Shown here piece after piece: positions 51,697 through 62,000 of a stretch of 64,000 nucleotides of DNA. Made by a program: the position numbers and the translations under genes. This stretch comes from Octopus vulgaris. Its lineage: Eukaryota. Numbering within the stretch: the first letter of the stretch is position 1; each line of letters begins with the position of its first letter. The notes under the pieces were generated by a model that was not told the origin of the DNA, did no database searches, and saw only the letters and a list, made by a program, of their open reading frames with translations. The stretch is from NCBI GenBank assembly GCA_951406725.2, contig OX597817.1:146072001-146136000 (forward strand), written 5' to 3'.

Positions 51697-54522
51697 TCAG
51701 GTGAAGTTTCGGCGGATTTCGGAAAGCATGAGGGCCTTAAAAGATGCAGTGTCATGGCAGTCAACAACTGACGCAGGCAGTTTATTCCATGCTTCAGCAA
51801 CTCTGAGCGTGAAAAAATGTTTCCGAAAGTCATGGGAGCTGTATTGTTTTCTGACTTTGTAGGCATGTCCACGTGTGTTAGACACATGGAGATCAAAAAG
51901 GTGTTCAGTGTTGTTGTTGGTGAGGTGGTTGATAACTTTGTGGGTGTTTACCAAGTCCGTCGCCAAACGCCGGAGCTTCAGTGAATCCATGCCCAGGGAA
52001 ACAAGGCACTCAGAATATGGTAGGTGTCTGATGGAGGGTATGCGTTTGGTTGCACGTCTCTGGACAGATTCCAGGAGGTCAATGTTCTGTGCAAGATAGG
52101 GGTTCCAAACTGATGATGCGAATTCCAAGTGTGGTCGTACCATAGCTGTATACAGTTTTAAATAGATGGCTGGAGAGCGGCTAACAAAAGACCTGCTGAG
52201 TGATGCCAAGACACCCTCGGCCTTCCTGACAATCTTAGAGATATGCTTTGACCAACGCAAATCACTGCTGACAGTGATGCCTAGGTCACGCTCGCAAGAG
52301 GATTTCTTGATATCAGTGTTGTGGAGGGAGTATGTGAACGCAGGGTTTTTTCTCCCAAAATGCATGGTGGTACACTTGTCCACAGCCAGTTTCAGTTGCC
52401 AGTCTGTGATCCATTGCTGCATTGTGTCTAGGTCTGATTGCAGGAAAGAGTTGTAGACATCAGGATCTGTCCTCTTGATTTCAAGGTACAGCTTGATGTC
52501 GTCTGCATATTTCAATACTGTGGCATTCCTTAAATTGGCATCTATGTCGTTAATGTATGCCACAAACAAGAGGGGGCCAAGGACAGATCCCTGTGGTACA
52601 CCCGATGACATCTCATATGGTGTAGAGTGCTGTCCTAGAACTGTGACTACCTCCTTTCGGCTGAGGATGAAGGATTTCAACCAGTTAAAAAGGTCATCCC
52701 CCACACCCATTGCAGAGAGTTTCACCATAAGCCTTTTGTGTGGCACAGAGTTGAAAGCCTTAGCAAAGTCAAGGTAGACAACATCCACCCATGAGCCACT
52801 GTCAGTAATCTGAGTAATGTCCTCAAGGAACTCGACAAGCTGGTCACTGCAGCTGGAGTTAGGGACAAATCCATATTGTGAGGGTCGGATGAGACTGTGA
52901 GAGCTCCAGAAGTTCCAGAGTGTTTCTCTGACACACGATTCCATCAGTTTTGCAATACAGCTAGTGAGACTGACTGGGCGATAGTTGACAGGTGATGTGC
53001 GGTCGCCCTTTTTGAACAGAGGAATGACACTGGCAGTTTTCCACTGCTCCGGAGTAGCACCATTGTTGAGACAGTACTGGAAGAAAATAGAAAGCTGGTG
53101 TAAAAGGAAGTGCCTGCCACGTTTGAGAAGCAGGTATGTAACTCCATCGAGACCAGGGGAGGCATAGTTGCGCTTATTTTGAAGGTGACGTCGCAGCATT
53201 GCAGGTGTAAATTCCATAGTTGTTATGGAGTTTGCTGTTAGTGATGGTGAAGATGGTACATTTTGACTTTCAACAGTGAATATGTTTGCATAGCACTCGG
53301 CAATGAGTTCTGCGCATTCCTTGGGGTCGTCAGTGATCTGGTTTGTGTGAGGGTTGTGAAGAGGGCCCACTGGAGAGTGAGGTCTCTGCTTTGAGTGCAC
53401 ATATTTCCAGAAAACCTTGCTGTCAGGATTGGCTGCTATGCACTGTTCAAATTCAAGCACTGCTTTTTTTGTCACTTGCTTGAGATGGTTGGAGGATTTA
53501 TTCCGCTTCTTCCTGTTGGTGTCTGATTTATGCAACCTGTATTCCCGTTCAGCAGTCCGACGTTCCCTCCTGGCAAGTCGGACCGCTGAAGTTTCCCAAA
53601 TTGCCCTTTTGGGGCGGTTCTTCTTTTTTTGTTTACGTGGCACTGATGCTGCACATGCTGCCCATATTGAGTCCAGGATACTCTGGAGTATAGTATTCAC
53701 ATCTCCAGAGTTGTAGAATTCACGCCAGTTTGGGTGCTGTAGTTCAGTGTGGTACAGGTTCCAATCTGCTCTCTTCCAATCGAATGAAGCAGATTGGAGA
53801 TGGTTCAGGTTTTTGTTGCCCGCAAGAGCCAGATTGGCGATGATCATAGCATGATCAGAGTCACCTAGAGGTTCCTCCGTAGTGCAATTGATAACCGCTT
53901 CAGGAGTTGTGGTGAAGAGCAGGTCCAAGGTGTTGTCGCCTCTTGTTGGAGAGGTGACTACTTGTGACCAGTTTGAGTCCAGCACAAGCTCAACAAAATC
54001 GTTTGCACTCTGTGGCCAATGGAAGGTCTCCCAATCGATCTCAGGATGATTGAAATCGCCTGCAATAAACACATAAGTGGCTGTTTTCCTGGCAGCAGCT
54101 CGGAGGACATTGCAAAGCTGTGTGTCCCGATGGTAACTTGGGGGACGATAAACAACGCCAAGCAGGAGTGTTGACATGGTCATACGCACGTCACAGAAAA
54201 AAACTTCTTCTTGTGATTCGTTCAAATCGGCACAAGGAATTACCAAAAAATTTGAACGAACGTAGACCATCACACCACCACCACGGCGGTTAGTGCGGTC
54301 CTTACGGAAGAGGTTGTACCCCGTAATGTTGAAAACCCCATCACAGAGTAAGGAATGCGCCCATGTTTCCGTGACAGTGATGAAGTCAGGGTCAACACTT
54401 CTGACGTAGGCGTTGAACAAATGTATTTTGTTGCATAAACTGCGAGCATTTAAGGACAACAATTTGTACCCTGCTCGCAGTTTATGATGGTGTGTAGAGG
54501 ATGGCAGGTTGTTCTGGCTTAG
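51697..54522 (-). CDS. LINE ORF2: apurinic-like endonuclease + reverse transcriptase (CR1 clade), frame uninterrupted
   Basis: APE motifs LNARSL, VTETW, DR..RRGGGV, VYRPP, GDFNHP, LDL, SDH. RT motifs NYRPVSLTS, YLDFAKAF, GVPQGSVLGP, YADD, DLG. CR1-type C-terminus TRGH...RKHFF..RV...WNKLP. The frame stays open upstream of the track's TTG (54462) to a TAA at 54549-54547, and the first AUG lies inside the endonuclease. Confidence 0.95.
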   Translation of the reverse strand, partial: LSQNNLPSSTHHHKLRAGYKLLSLNARSLCNKIHLFNAYVRSVDPDFITVTETWAHSLLCDGVFNITGYNLFRKDRTNRRGGGVMVYVRSNFLVIPCADLNESQEEVFFCDVRMTMSTLLLGVVYRPPSYHRDTQLCNVLRAAARKTATYVFIAGDFNHPEIDWETFHWPQSANDFVELVLDSNWSQVVTSPTRGDNTLDLLFTTTPEAVINCTTEEPLGDSDHAMIIANLALAGNKNLNHLQSASFDWKRADWNLYHTELQHPNWREFYNSGDVNTILQSILDSIWAACAASVPRKQKKKNRPKRAIWETSAVRLARRERRTAEREYRLHKSDTNRKKRNKSSNHLKQVTKKAVLEFEQCIAANPDSKVFWKYVHSKQRPHSPVGPLHNPHTNQITDDPKECAELIAECYANIFTVESQNVPSSPSLTANSITTMEFTPAMLRRHLQNKRNYASPGLDGVTYLLLKRGRHFLLHQLSIFFQYCLNNGATPEQWKTASVIPLFKKGDRTSPVNYRPVSLTSCIAKLMESCVRETLWNFWSSHSLIRPSQYGFVPNSSCSDQLVEFLEDITQITDSGSWVDVVYLDFAKAFNSVPHKRLMVKLSAMGVGDDLFNWLKSFILSRKEVVTVLGQHSTPYEMSSGVPQGSVLGPLLFVAYINDIDANLRNATVLKYADDIKLYLEIKRTDPDVYNSFLQSDLDTMQQWITDWQLKLAVDKCTTMHFGRKNPAFTYSLHNTDIKKSSCERDLGITVSSDLRWSKHISKIVRKAEGVLASLSRSFVSRSPAIYLKLYTAMVRPHLEFASSVWNPYLAQNIDLLESVQRRATKRIPSIRHLPYSECLVSLGMDSLKLRRLATDLVNTHKVINHLTNNNTEHLFDLHVSNTRGHAYKVRKQYSSHDFRKHFFTLRVAEAWNKLPASVVDCHDTASFKALMLSEIRRNFT

Positions 54523-54528
54523 TTTCCC
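54434..54528 (-). promoter_or_regulatory. Candidate -1 programmed ribosomal frameshift signal (G_GGA_AAC plus downstream RNA structure)
   Basis: ORF1 ends CAG GGA AAC TAA (heptamer 54528-54522), and the ORF2 frame reads TCA GGG AAA CTA, i.e. -1. Perfect 15-bp inverted repeat at 54434-54448 / 54472-54486. Confidence 0.6.
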
Positions 54529-55746
54529 TGAGTTGCTGTAGTTTTTTTAGTTATTGTGGGTAGAGAGCACTCAGACCAGCTGGTATCTCTCTTCCACGTT
54601 TCAGCAGTCTTGACAAATCTCCAGATTTGTCCATCTTCCCGAAGACTGAAGCTTTCCTGTAGAGCTGAGTTCCTATTCAGGGAAGCCACTACACGTAGCT
54701 TTGGGCGTACATCGGACGGTAAGCCTGGGCGTGTTCGGAAGGTGGTCCGATTTTCCCGCCCAGCTTTAACTGAGGCCAGATGGTAAGAGGTTGCCTCAGT
54801 GGGGTCCGTAAAAGACAACTTGATGAGCCTAGGTTTTGGGCCAGGTCGTCCAAGGCGGATAGCACCCGTTGGGGGAACGCAGCCTAGGTCTTTGGCTGAG
54901 TTGGCAGCAAAAGCCTGAAGATTAGCCATGTCTTCTGGCACCCCAATGGCAATGACTTCATGGGTGGCAGAATCCGCGGTCTTAAATGCGACAAGAGGTA
55001 CAGGTACAGGGAGGTTCTTTAGCAGAGCATTCCGATAAGACCCTCATTGTGGAGTCCAACCTGAATGGTTGCTTTTATTCCTGCTACTTCCCCTTTTAAA
55101 GCACAGATCGATTGTTGCAGTTCTGCAAGAACCGCACTGGTCAATTGGTGTTGTTGTTGTTGCTGCTGTTGCTCTGGTTGTGGTTGATTTTGTTGTTGCT
55201 GTTGTTGTTGTTGATGTTGTTGTTGCTGCTGCTCTGGTTGTGGTTGATTTTGTTGTTGCTGCTGCTCTGGTTGTGGTTGATTTTGTTGTTGCTGCTGCTG
55301 CTGCTCTAGTTGTTGCTGCTGCTGTTGTTGTTGCTGTTGTTGTTGCTGCTGCTCTGGTTGTGGTTGATTTTGTTGTTGCTGCTGTTGCTGTTCCGCCTCC
55401 TCCACGGGAGTGGCAGGGGGAGACACAATCGTCGGTTGTGGAGGCACGCAGGCCTGACACTGAAAAGTCCAAGATTTAAGCTGAACCATCTTCCAGAGTC
55501 TATCCATCATAGCATTATGATGGCTCTTTTTTGGCCTGGGATCTTCTGAAAGTCCGTGGCACATTGGAGGCAGACAGAGATGAGACATGTCCCACATTCG
55601 ACCCAGCGATTACGGAACGTATTTTCGGGTTCCGTACAGATGTGGCAGGTGTGATTTTCTGGGCAGTGTTCTATTTTAGAGCAGCGACCAGTCTTATCGC
55701 ACGCCGCTATGGATTTCACCATGGCGATTCTGTTGGTTCTGGTCAT
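54519..55746 (-). CDS. LINE ORF1 (about 409 aa when two 1-nt homopolymer deletions are restored): PHD-like zinc finger, polyQ repeat, coiled coil, RRM/CTD-like region
   Basis: Three track ORFs join up. CHIC...WVECGTC...CLQC (55507..56004) continues into WTFQCQAC after the A6 run at ~55527-55532. After the GAGGG run at ~55041-55045 the frame reads SYRNALL...VIAIGVPE...IRLGRPGPKPRLIKLSF, resembling the xIxGxPE and RLG...PRxIxxxF motifs of CR1/L2/L1 ORF1. ATG at 55746-55744, TAA at 54521-54519. Confidence 0.8.
55146..55391 (-). repeat. CAA/CAG-rich coding tandem repeat (polyQ with four NQPQPE units) inside ORF1
   Basis: Four copies of gctctggttgtggttgattttg on plus, separated by (gtt/gct)n. Confidence 0.9.
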
Positions 55747-55809
55747 CCGTAGAGACAGAAAATGTAAACAACAATACGATAAAAGTAAAATATAAAATAT
55801 TTGTTTTTG

Positions 55810-55925
55810 ATTCGTTCTTTTTTGTGTATATTCCTTGTTCTTAAATATTGCGTGTGTATATACACATGTTTCGTTCTTTTTTGTGTATATTCCTTTTTTT
55901 CTTAAATATTGCGTGTGTATACATA
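55810..55925 (-). repeat. Two-copy ~60-bp tandem repeat in the LINE 5'UTR
   Basis: ttcgttctttttgtgtatattcctt...cttaaatattgcgtgtgtata occurs twice head-to-tail. Confidence 0.85.
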
Positions 55926-56439
55926 AAAGTATTTGTGCGTATAGACACGGAGAAAGTTTGTAAACAAATGAAATTTTTGATTTTTTTGCAGTGTAGTCCG
56001 TCACATTAAATAGTGTGATTTATTTTCACTCTGCACGTATATACATGTGTGCTACAAGTATCTATGTATGTATGTATGTCACTGCTTTATAAATTTTGGA
56101 CGTACTTACTGTCGTTCAACGATTTCTTTTACCCTCAACTACACGTGGTGAATTCTTCCATTGTAGATCTGTGGTGGTCATCATATATCTTCACAAATTA
56201 AAGTTAAGGTATATAACACATACATCCTCTCATCTTTGCTATATGGGAGTGAGGCATGGGTTGTTTACCAGAGGCATGTAAGGCATTAACTGGAAAATGA
56301 CCATTAGTAATCATGGTTTCTACGGCTGGATAGCCTTCCTTATGCCAACCACTTTACAGAATGTACTGGGTGCTTTTACATGGCACTGGTACAGGGAGTC
56401 CAGGATATTTACCCCTGAGAATAACAAATGACAATTTAA

Positions 56440-56659
56440 CCCTTTCGTTACTGTATTTATTTTGAGATGCTTTGTGTTTCTTCCAATTATCTTAAATATA
56501 ACAAAGAATTTAGTAAAATAACTTAGTTACCATTAAGCTAGTGTTAGGAACATAAATTGTGACTAAGATTTGGTGGAAGATTTTAATTCAAAATTTATGA
56601 AAACAAGACATTTATACTAAAGAGCCAGAGCCGGTTTCAGCCGGGTTGGTAACAAAGGG
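56440..56659. mobile_element. piggyBac-type MITE, same family, opposite orientation
   Basis: TTAA|CCCTTTCGTTAC...GTAACAAAGGG|TTAA. Confidence 0.87.
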
Positions 56660-58693
56660 TTAAAACTTCTTAATATATTAGAGAGGGGTTAATTAACTAA
56701 GTGGGTAGTTGTCCTATAGGGACAGGTGTTTTTCACGATACACAATTATTGCATCGTTAAATAACTCTTTTTTAGTGTGATGGTCTACACTCCTTAATTC
56801 AAATATCACCATACATATCTTTGCCTTGTCACCGAGATATATATTTTGAACATTTTAGTACTTTTACCCTCCATACTGGTTCCTAACGATAAACAACAAT
56901 ACTGTAACGTTCGAAGTTATGAGTAGTTCCTCACATGATATTAGAATTCAATGCTCATCACCATCATTGTTTTAGTCCCTACTTTTCCAAGCTTGCATGG
57001 CTCAGATGGAATTTGTTGAGGCGTATTTTTTATAGTTGGACGTGTTTCCATGGAAAATTGAAAATAACAACACTGCTTTTATGACATACATTTACAACTA
57101 TTGTATAGTGTTACAATGAACTGCACATACACACACATATACATACAAACCTATATACATACATTTTCAAAAGGTTTGTTTCACATTCCATTTTGTTTTC
57201 CTCTATCAAATCCACCCACAAAGCTTTGCTTGGCCCAGGGCTAAAGTAGAAAACACCCAAGGAGCCATGCAGTGGGATTGAACCTGAAAATAAATTGGTT
57301 GGAAAGCAACTTCTTAACTACAAGGCCATGCCAACATTTGCTATTTTTTCTAAAACAGCTTTAACATTATCCCAGCTGGATATCAAAGCATTAACTGCAA
57401 AAATTCAAACTCAAGAAATTAATCAATATACTGAAGTAAGTTAATTTATGTAGCCAAATAAGTTCTTCATTGAAAACTACTTTATAGTGATTTGATTACA
57501 CCTTTCTTTTATTGTAATTAGCATTTTTCTGCTTTCTTTGACCTACAGACTGAAATTATGTAAATATTTGGATCATCATCATTGCCGTTTAACGTCTGTT
57601 TTCCATGCTAGCATGGGTTGGATGGTTCGACCAGGGTCTGGGAAGCCAGGCGGTTGCACCAGGCTCCAGTCTGATCTGGCAGTGTTTCTACAGTTGGATG
57701 CCCTTCCTAACGCTAACCACTCTGTGAGAATAGTGGGTGCTTTTTACGTGCCACTGGCACAGGTGCTGGGGGAAGCTGGCAGTGGCCACGATCAGTTGGT
57801 GCTTTTTACATGCCACCGGAACGGAAGCCAGTCAAGGTGGCGCTGGCATCGGCCACATTCAGATGATGCTTTTTACGTGCCACTGGCACAGGTATCACAA
57901 CTACAATTTCCATTTGATATTTATTTTGATGTTGATGAACTTGACTCAATAGGTCTCCTAAAGCACAGCAGGTTGTTCTGCAATCCAAGGTACTTTGGAT
58001 GGGCTGGGGCTGCTATGCGAAACTGGTGCAGGAAACAACCATGAACTCATGTTATTTGTCAGATCCTTGCAATATATATGCACATAAAACTTAGCCATGG
58101 AGAGACTCGTTAAGAATATCACTGTGAGAGCATATCAAAAATGAGATAATTAGAAAGCAGAGCAAAGTAAACTATGTGATCACAGCTGGACCTGTGCAGT
58201 TGCCAAGTGGTATGCAAAAGAATGGAAAGGCCTCCACAATGATGAGAAGAATGATAGAGCTAAACAATTTGGGCCAAGATGGAAAGAGTTGGAACTGCAT
58301 TGTAACCAGAGATGTATAACAATATTCATTAGACTGGTTGATGCAGATAGTGTGTAAAAGAAAATACATTTCTAAACCTTTTTTTTAGATACATTTTCAT
58401 AAAGTGCAATGATGTAGGTATAGGTCTCTTTCTCTAGCTGGGTTATTAAATGGAAAAATAAACAGTTGGACACTGGATCGTACTCAAAATTTTAGCTGCT
58501 ATCTGGAGAAAAAGGAACAACTCTTACACCACCTCAGACAACATATACAGATAAACCTGGGTTAGCTATAAGAGATGGCTGTAGTACTTCTTTCTGAAAC
58601 ATGCTAAGGGTTGTGAATATATTATGCCACAAACTTAGAGTAATATATATATATAAAATTAGTAATGGAAGCAGTATTAAAAACTGAAAGGCA

Positions 58694-59002
58694 ATCTTTA
58701 TATCCAACTTAACATGGATATCTTGTTAGAACACCAAATATTGCATTACTAGCCTTCTGAGAAGCTCTGTCAGAATTCCCATATCTCGTAATTTCAGTCT
58801 ACTGGACCTCATCAGTAGGAAGTGCTGGCTGAATTGAGATTTGACTGGCACTTCCAACTGATGAGGTCCAGTAGACTGCAATTACGAGATATGGGAATTC
58901 CAACATTCATGACCAGATGCCTATAAGGGAGGTTCTCTCAGGGCGATTAACATAATATTCAGTGTTCTAACAAGACATCCGTGTTTACTTGAATATAAAG
59001 AT
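58694..59002. repeat. ~310-bp fold-back palindrome carrying two opposed hammerhead motifs
   Basis: Inner arms 58773-58825 / 58848-58900 are almost perfect. Outer arms 58694-58767 / 58930-59002 are more diverged. Confidence 0.88.
58776..58821 (-). ncRNA. Minimal type I hammerhead ribozyme (Penelope/retrozyme type)
   Basis: UUCCUA CUGAUGA GGUC-CAGUA-GACU GAAA UU-ACGA-GA UA UGGGAA. Intact core, 4-bp stem II, 3-bp stem III, 6-bp stem I. Predicted cleavage after AUA, between 58782 and 58781. Confidence 0.65.
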
Positions 59003-62000
59003 ATGTGTAAGTTTTCTGAATGGAACAAGACAGGCAGAACTAAACAAAATTTCATAGATGTCAACATTGCTAGAGGAATGAAAAGAGCAGTGAGCTTTTG
59101 TTTTCAAAATTATTATATTCTTCTAATTCCCACAATCCAATATTGTCTCTGAGTAATCAGTTAAACAAATGTATGCTTTTATTACAACCAGTTAATTTCA
59201 CATTGCACTTATCACGTCTGTAGATGAGGATGTTTTACGGACAGTTGTATTTACGGAATGCTTTGGATATCAAATCTGAAATGAAATGAAAGCAACAAAT
59301 ACATGGAAACATTTTAAACATATTTATTTGATATATTTTTCTGTTTTGTAACTCTATACACATCATGGCTTATATTTATTTCCAAAATCTTTTTCATACT
59401 ATCACATAACTTAGCCCACCTCACACATTCATTTATTCAATACACATATGCACATGGACACACACACACACACACACCACTTCCATTTTTACTAAACCAG
59501 GTCAGCATGATCCAACTGGACTAAACATTAAATACTTCCAGATTATATTAAAAAAAAAATTCTCATTATTTTGTCAATTGAAAAATAAAAGAAAACCATA
59601 TTGTAAAGACGTTTTTTTTTTTCTTCTCCAGAATAACACGAGAAAAAATTTGCTGTAATTTCAAAGTTGTGTCTTCTCATTTTTTTTTTTTTTAAATCTA
59701 TATAGAAATGTGTCTGTGTTGATTTGGATTAACTGGTTGTGAAATTTGAGGGGATAAATAAAAGTAATTGTATTACCAAAGAAATACAATGAAAAAAAAA
59801 AATTATGTTTACATGTCACAGGTTTTAACCTTGTTTCACTTCCAAGCAGTTTCACTTCTGTCACCCAACATAAAAAATGGCAAGTTAAGAAACTCAGCTG
59901 TTGATTTTTTTTTTTTTTTTTTTAAGAAAGAAATTAAATATTCTCAAAATTTGGAGAAGGAGGAGATCTACCAACTTGTTCCAAAAAACGGTAAACACTA
60001 AACTGATCTCTTAGCTAATTTGATGCAAGATAAAATACATCTTCCTGGAGGAAAAATAAACTAAGAAGTTTAGTAAATTTGGCATTTTCATGTCTGCTTT
60101 CGCATCAGTTGAAGAATAGAAGTTAGACATTCTTGATTAAATGGAAATGTTTGTGGCATAGGTATAAAACTGGCATAAGTTGAACTATGAATATGAAGAG
60201 GGGGAAATGTAAAAAAAAAAAAAAAAAAAAGAGAGAGAGAGAGAGAGAGAAAGAAAAAAAATCATCTATTAAAATGAAGTCACGAATGCATGCAATGAAC
60301 AAAATTTGAGACATTGAAGAGTTATCTAACTTGAAATAAAAGAATTAAACAAATGAAAATTGAGAACTATATAAAGAGACTGGAATGATGGGAGATCACA
60401 AATTGAGATGCAAGAAGTTGCTAATAAAGCAGTTTATTTATATATACAAAAGATATTCAACAAAAACATTAACATCAGTAGAAAAAGTTGATTGGATCTC
60501 ATTTATTGTTTTCTTATCAATCTTGTCAAATGTTACTCAGCTCATTTTATTTTTTATTTCCTCACATGTGTCCTACTCCACCTGCACGATCTACATACAG
60601 TCAAAACTATTTGACAAGGTTTCTCATTCATGAGTTTTGAAGTCCATATATTAACACAACCCATCATTGGTAACATATACACCTGGAGTTGTCACCCATT
60701 ATACCTGGGATTTTATTTTGTTTAAAGCAGTGTATTTCTGGAGAGAAGCTCAATGAAATAATGTAGAATTTTGCAAATTAAATAAGAATGAAGATAATGG
60801 TGATGATAATAATGACGATGATAATGGGAAGGGAGTGATGGTGGTGGTACTGGCGATAGTAGTAGTAGTAATAATAATAATAATAACAATAATAATCTTT
60901 CTACTATAGGCACAAGGCCTGAAATTTTGTGTGTGTGTGTGTGGGGGGGCTAGTTGATTACATTGACCTTCCCCAATCCCATACTCAATGGATACCTATT
61001 TTATCAACCCCAAAAGGATGAAAGGCAAAATCAACCACGGTGAAATTGGAACTCAGAATGTGAAGCCGGAAGAAACATATCAGCATGAAGCCACAAGTTT
61101 GTAAGGAGAGGGACATAATCAATTGAACTGACCCAGTATACAACTGGTACTTATTTTATCAACCTCAAAGTGATGAAAAAAGCAAAGTCAACCCTGGCAG
61201 GACTTGAACTCAGAACCTTAAAGGAACAAGGCCAAATACTGTAATCATGTTCTACAATTTCTTCCAACTTCAATGCAATAATTAGTGTTACTAATTTAGG
61301 CACAAAGCCCAGCAATTTTGGGGGGAGGGGTTTACTCATTTAAATTGAACCCAGTGCTTGACCAGTCTTGTATTTTATTGACCTCAGTGGGATTCAAACT
61401 CTGAATGTAAAGCATTTCCCCCCAATACCTAACAGTCCTGCCAAACGTCTACCGTAACAATATTTAACAAAGGCACAAGGCCTCAGATTTGGTGGGGAAG
61501 GGAATAACTGAATATTTCTGACCCTGGAAGGATGGAAAGGCAAAGTCAACCAATAGTAGAATTTGATATAAGAGGTGAAGCTAAATACCACAAGGTATTT
61601 TGTTCGATCATCTATCAAATCTGTAAATAAGTTTCTTAATTAGGCAGGAAGAATAAAGTGCCTTAAATATGGACACAACACAGAGTCTATTAAGTTAAAG
61701 TGAATTCAGAAAAATCTATCAAAGATCTATTAAGATCAACTGATGAAATACAGTCTCTCCTTAATTTCTGAAAATAATTAATGTTTCTGCTAAATTAAGT
61801 AAAACCACTATCCACCAGATTGTTCATATTATTTCTGTTCAAGTTTATAAAGAACTACTCTAAAGTAAGCATTTAAAAAAAATCACACTGGATTTGTGGG
61901 CTTGGTGTCATTTTACAAATAATATAAAATGATTAAAAAAAAGTTATTAAAATGGTTGTATCAATTCGTCTTTGTCAGAAGCTTTTTGTTCAATATCACA

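Larger units (their letters stand above)
51621..56311 (-). mobile_element. Apparently full-length CR1-clade non-LTR retrotransposon (5'UTR, ORF1, ORF2, short 3'UTR, (TTA)n tail)
   Basis: (AAT)n tail at 51621-51647 on plus. Two ORFs on minus. A host repeat is split around it: '...tgtctgtttt' ends at 51620 and 'catggtttctacggctgga' resumes at ~56312, matching the uninterrupted copy at ~1060-1090. No clear TSD. Confidence 0.88.

Noticed and set aside
51875-54161. Short ORFs overlapping ORF2 in other frames or strands
   Set aside because: Expected shadows of a long, relatively GC-rich coding frame.
55527-55532. Programmed frameshifts inside ORF1 (also ~55041-55045)
   Set aside because: No in-register X_XXY_YYZ heptamer. 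Single-base homopolymer losses (mutation or sequencing error) explain them more simply.
55019-55597. Host polyQ gene or independent Thr/Ala-rich and Leu/Val-rich ORFs
   Set aside because: The region lies within the LINE ORF1. The other frames are by-products of the triplet repeat.
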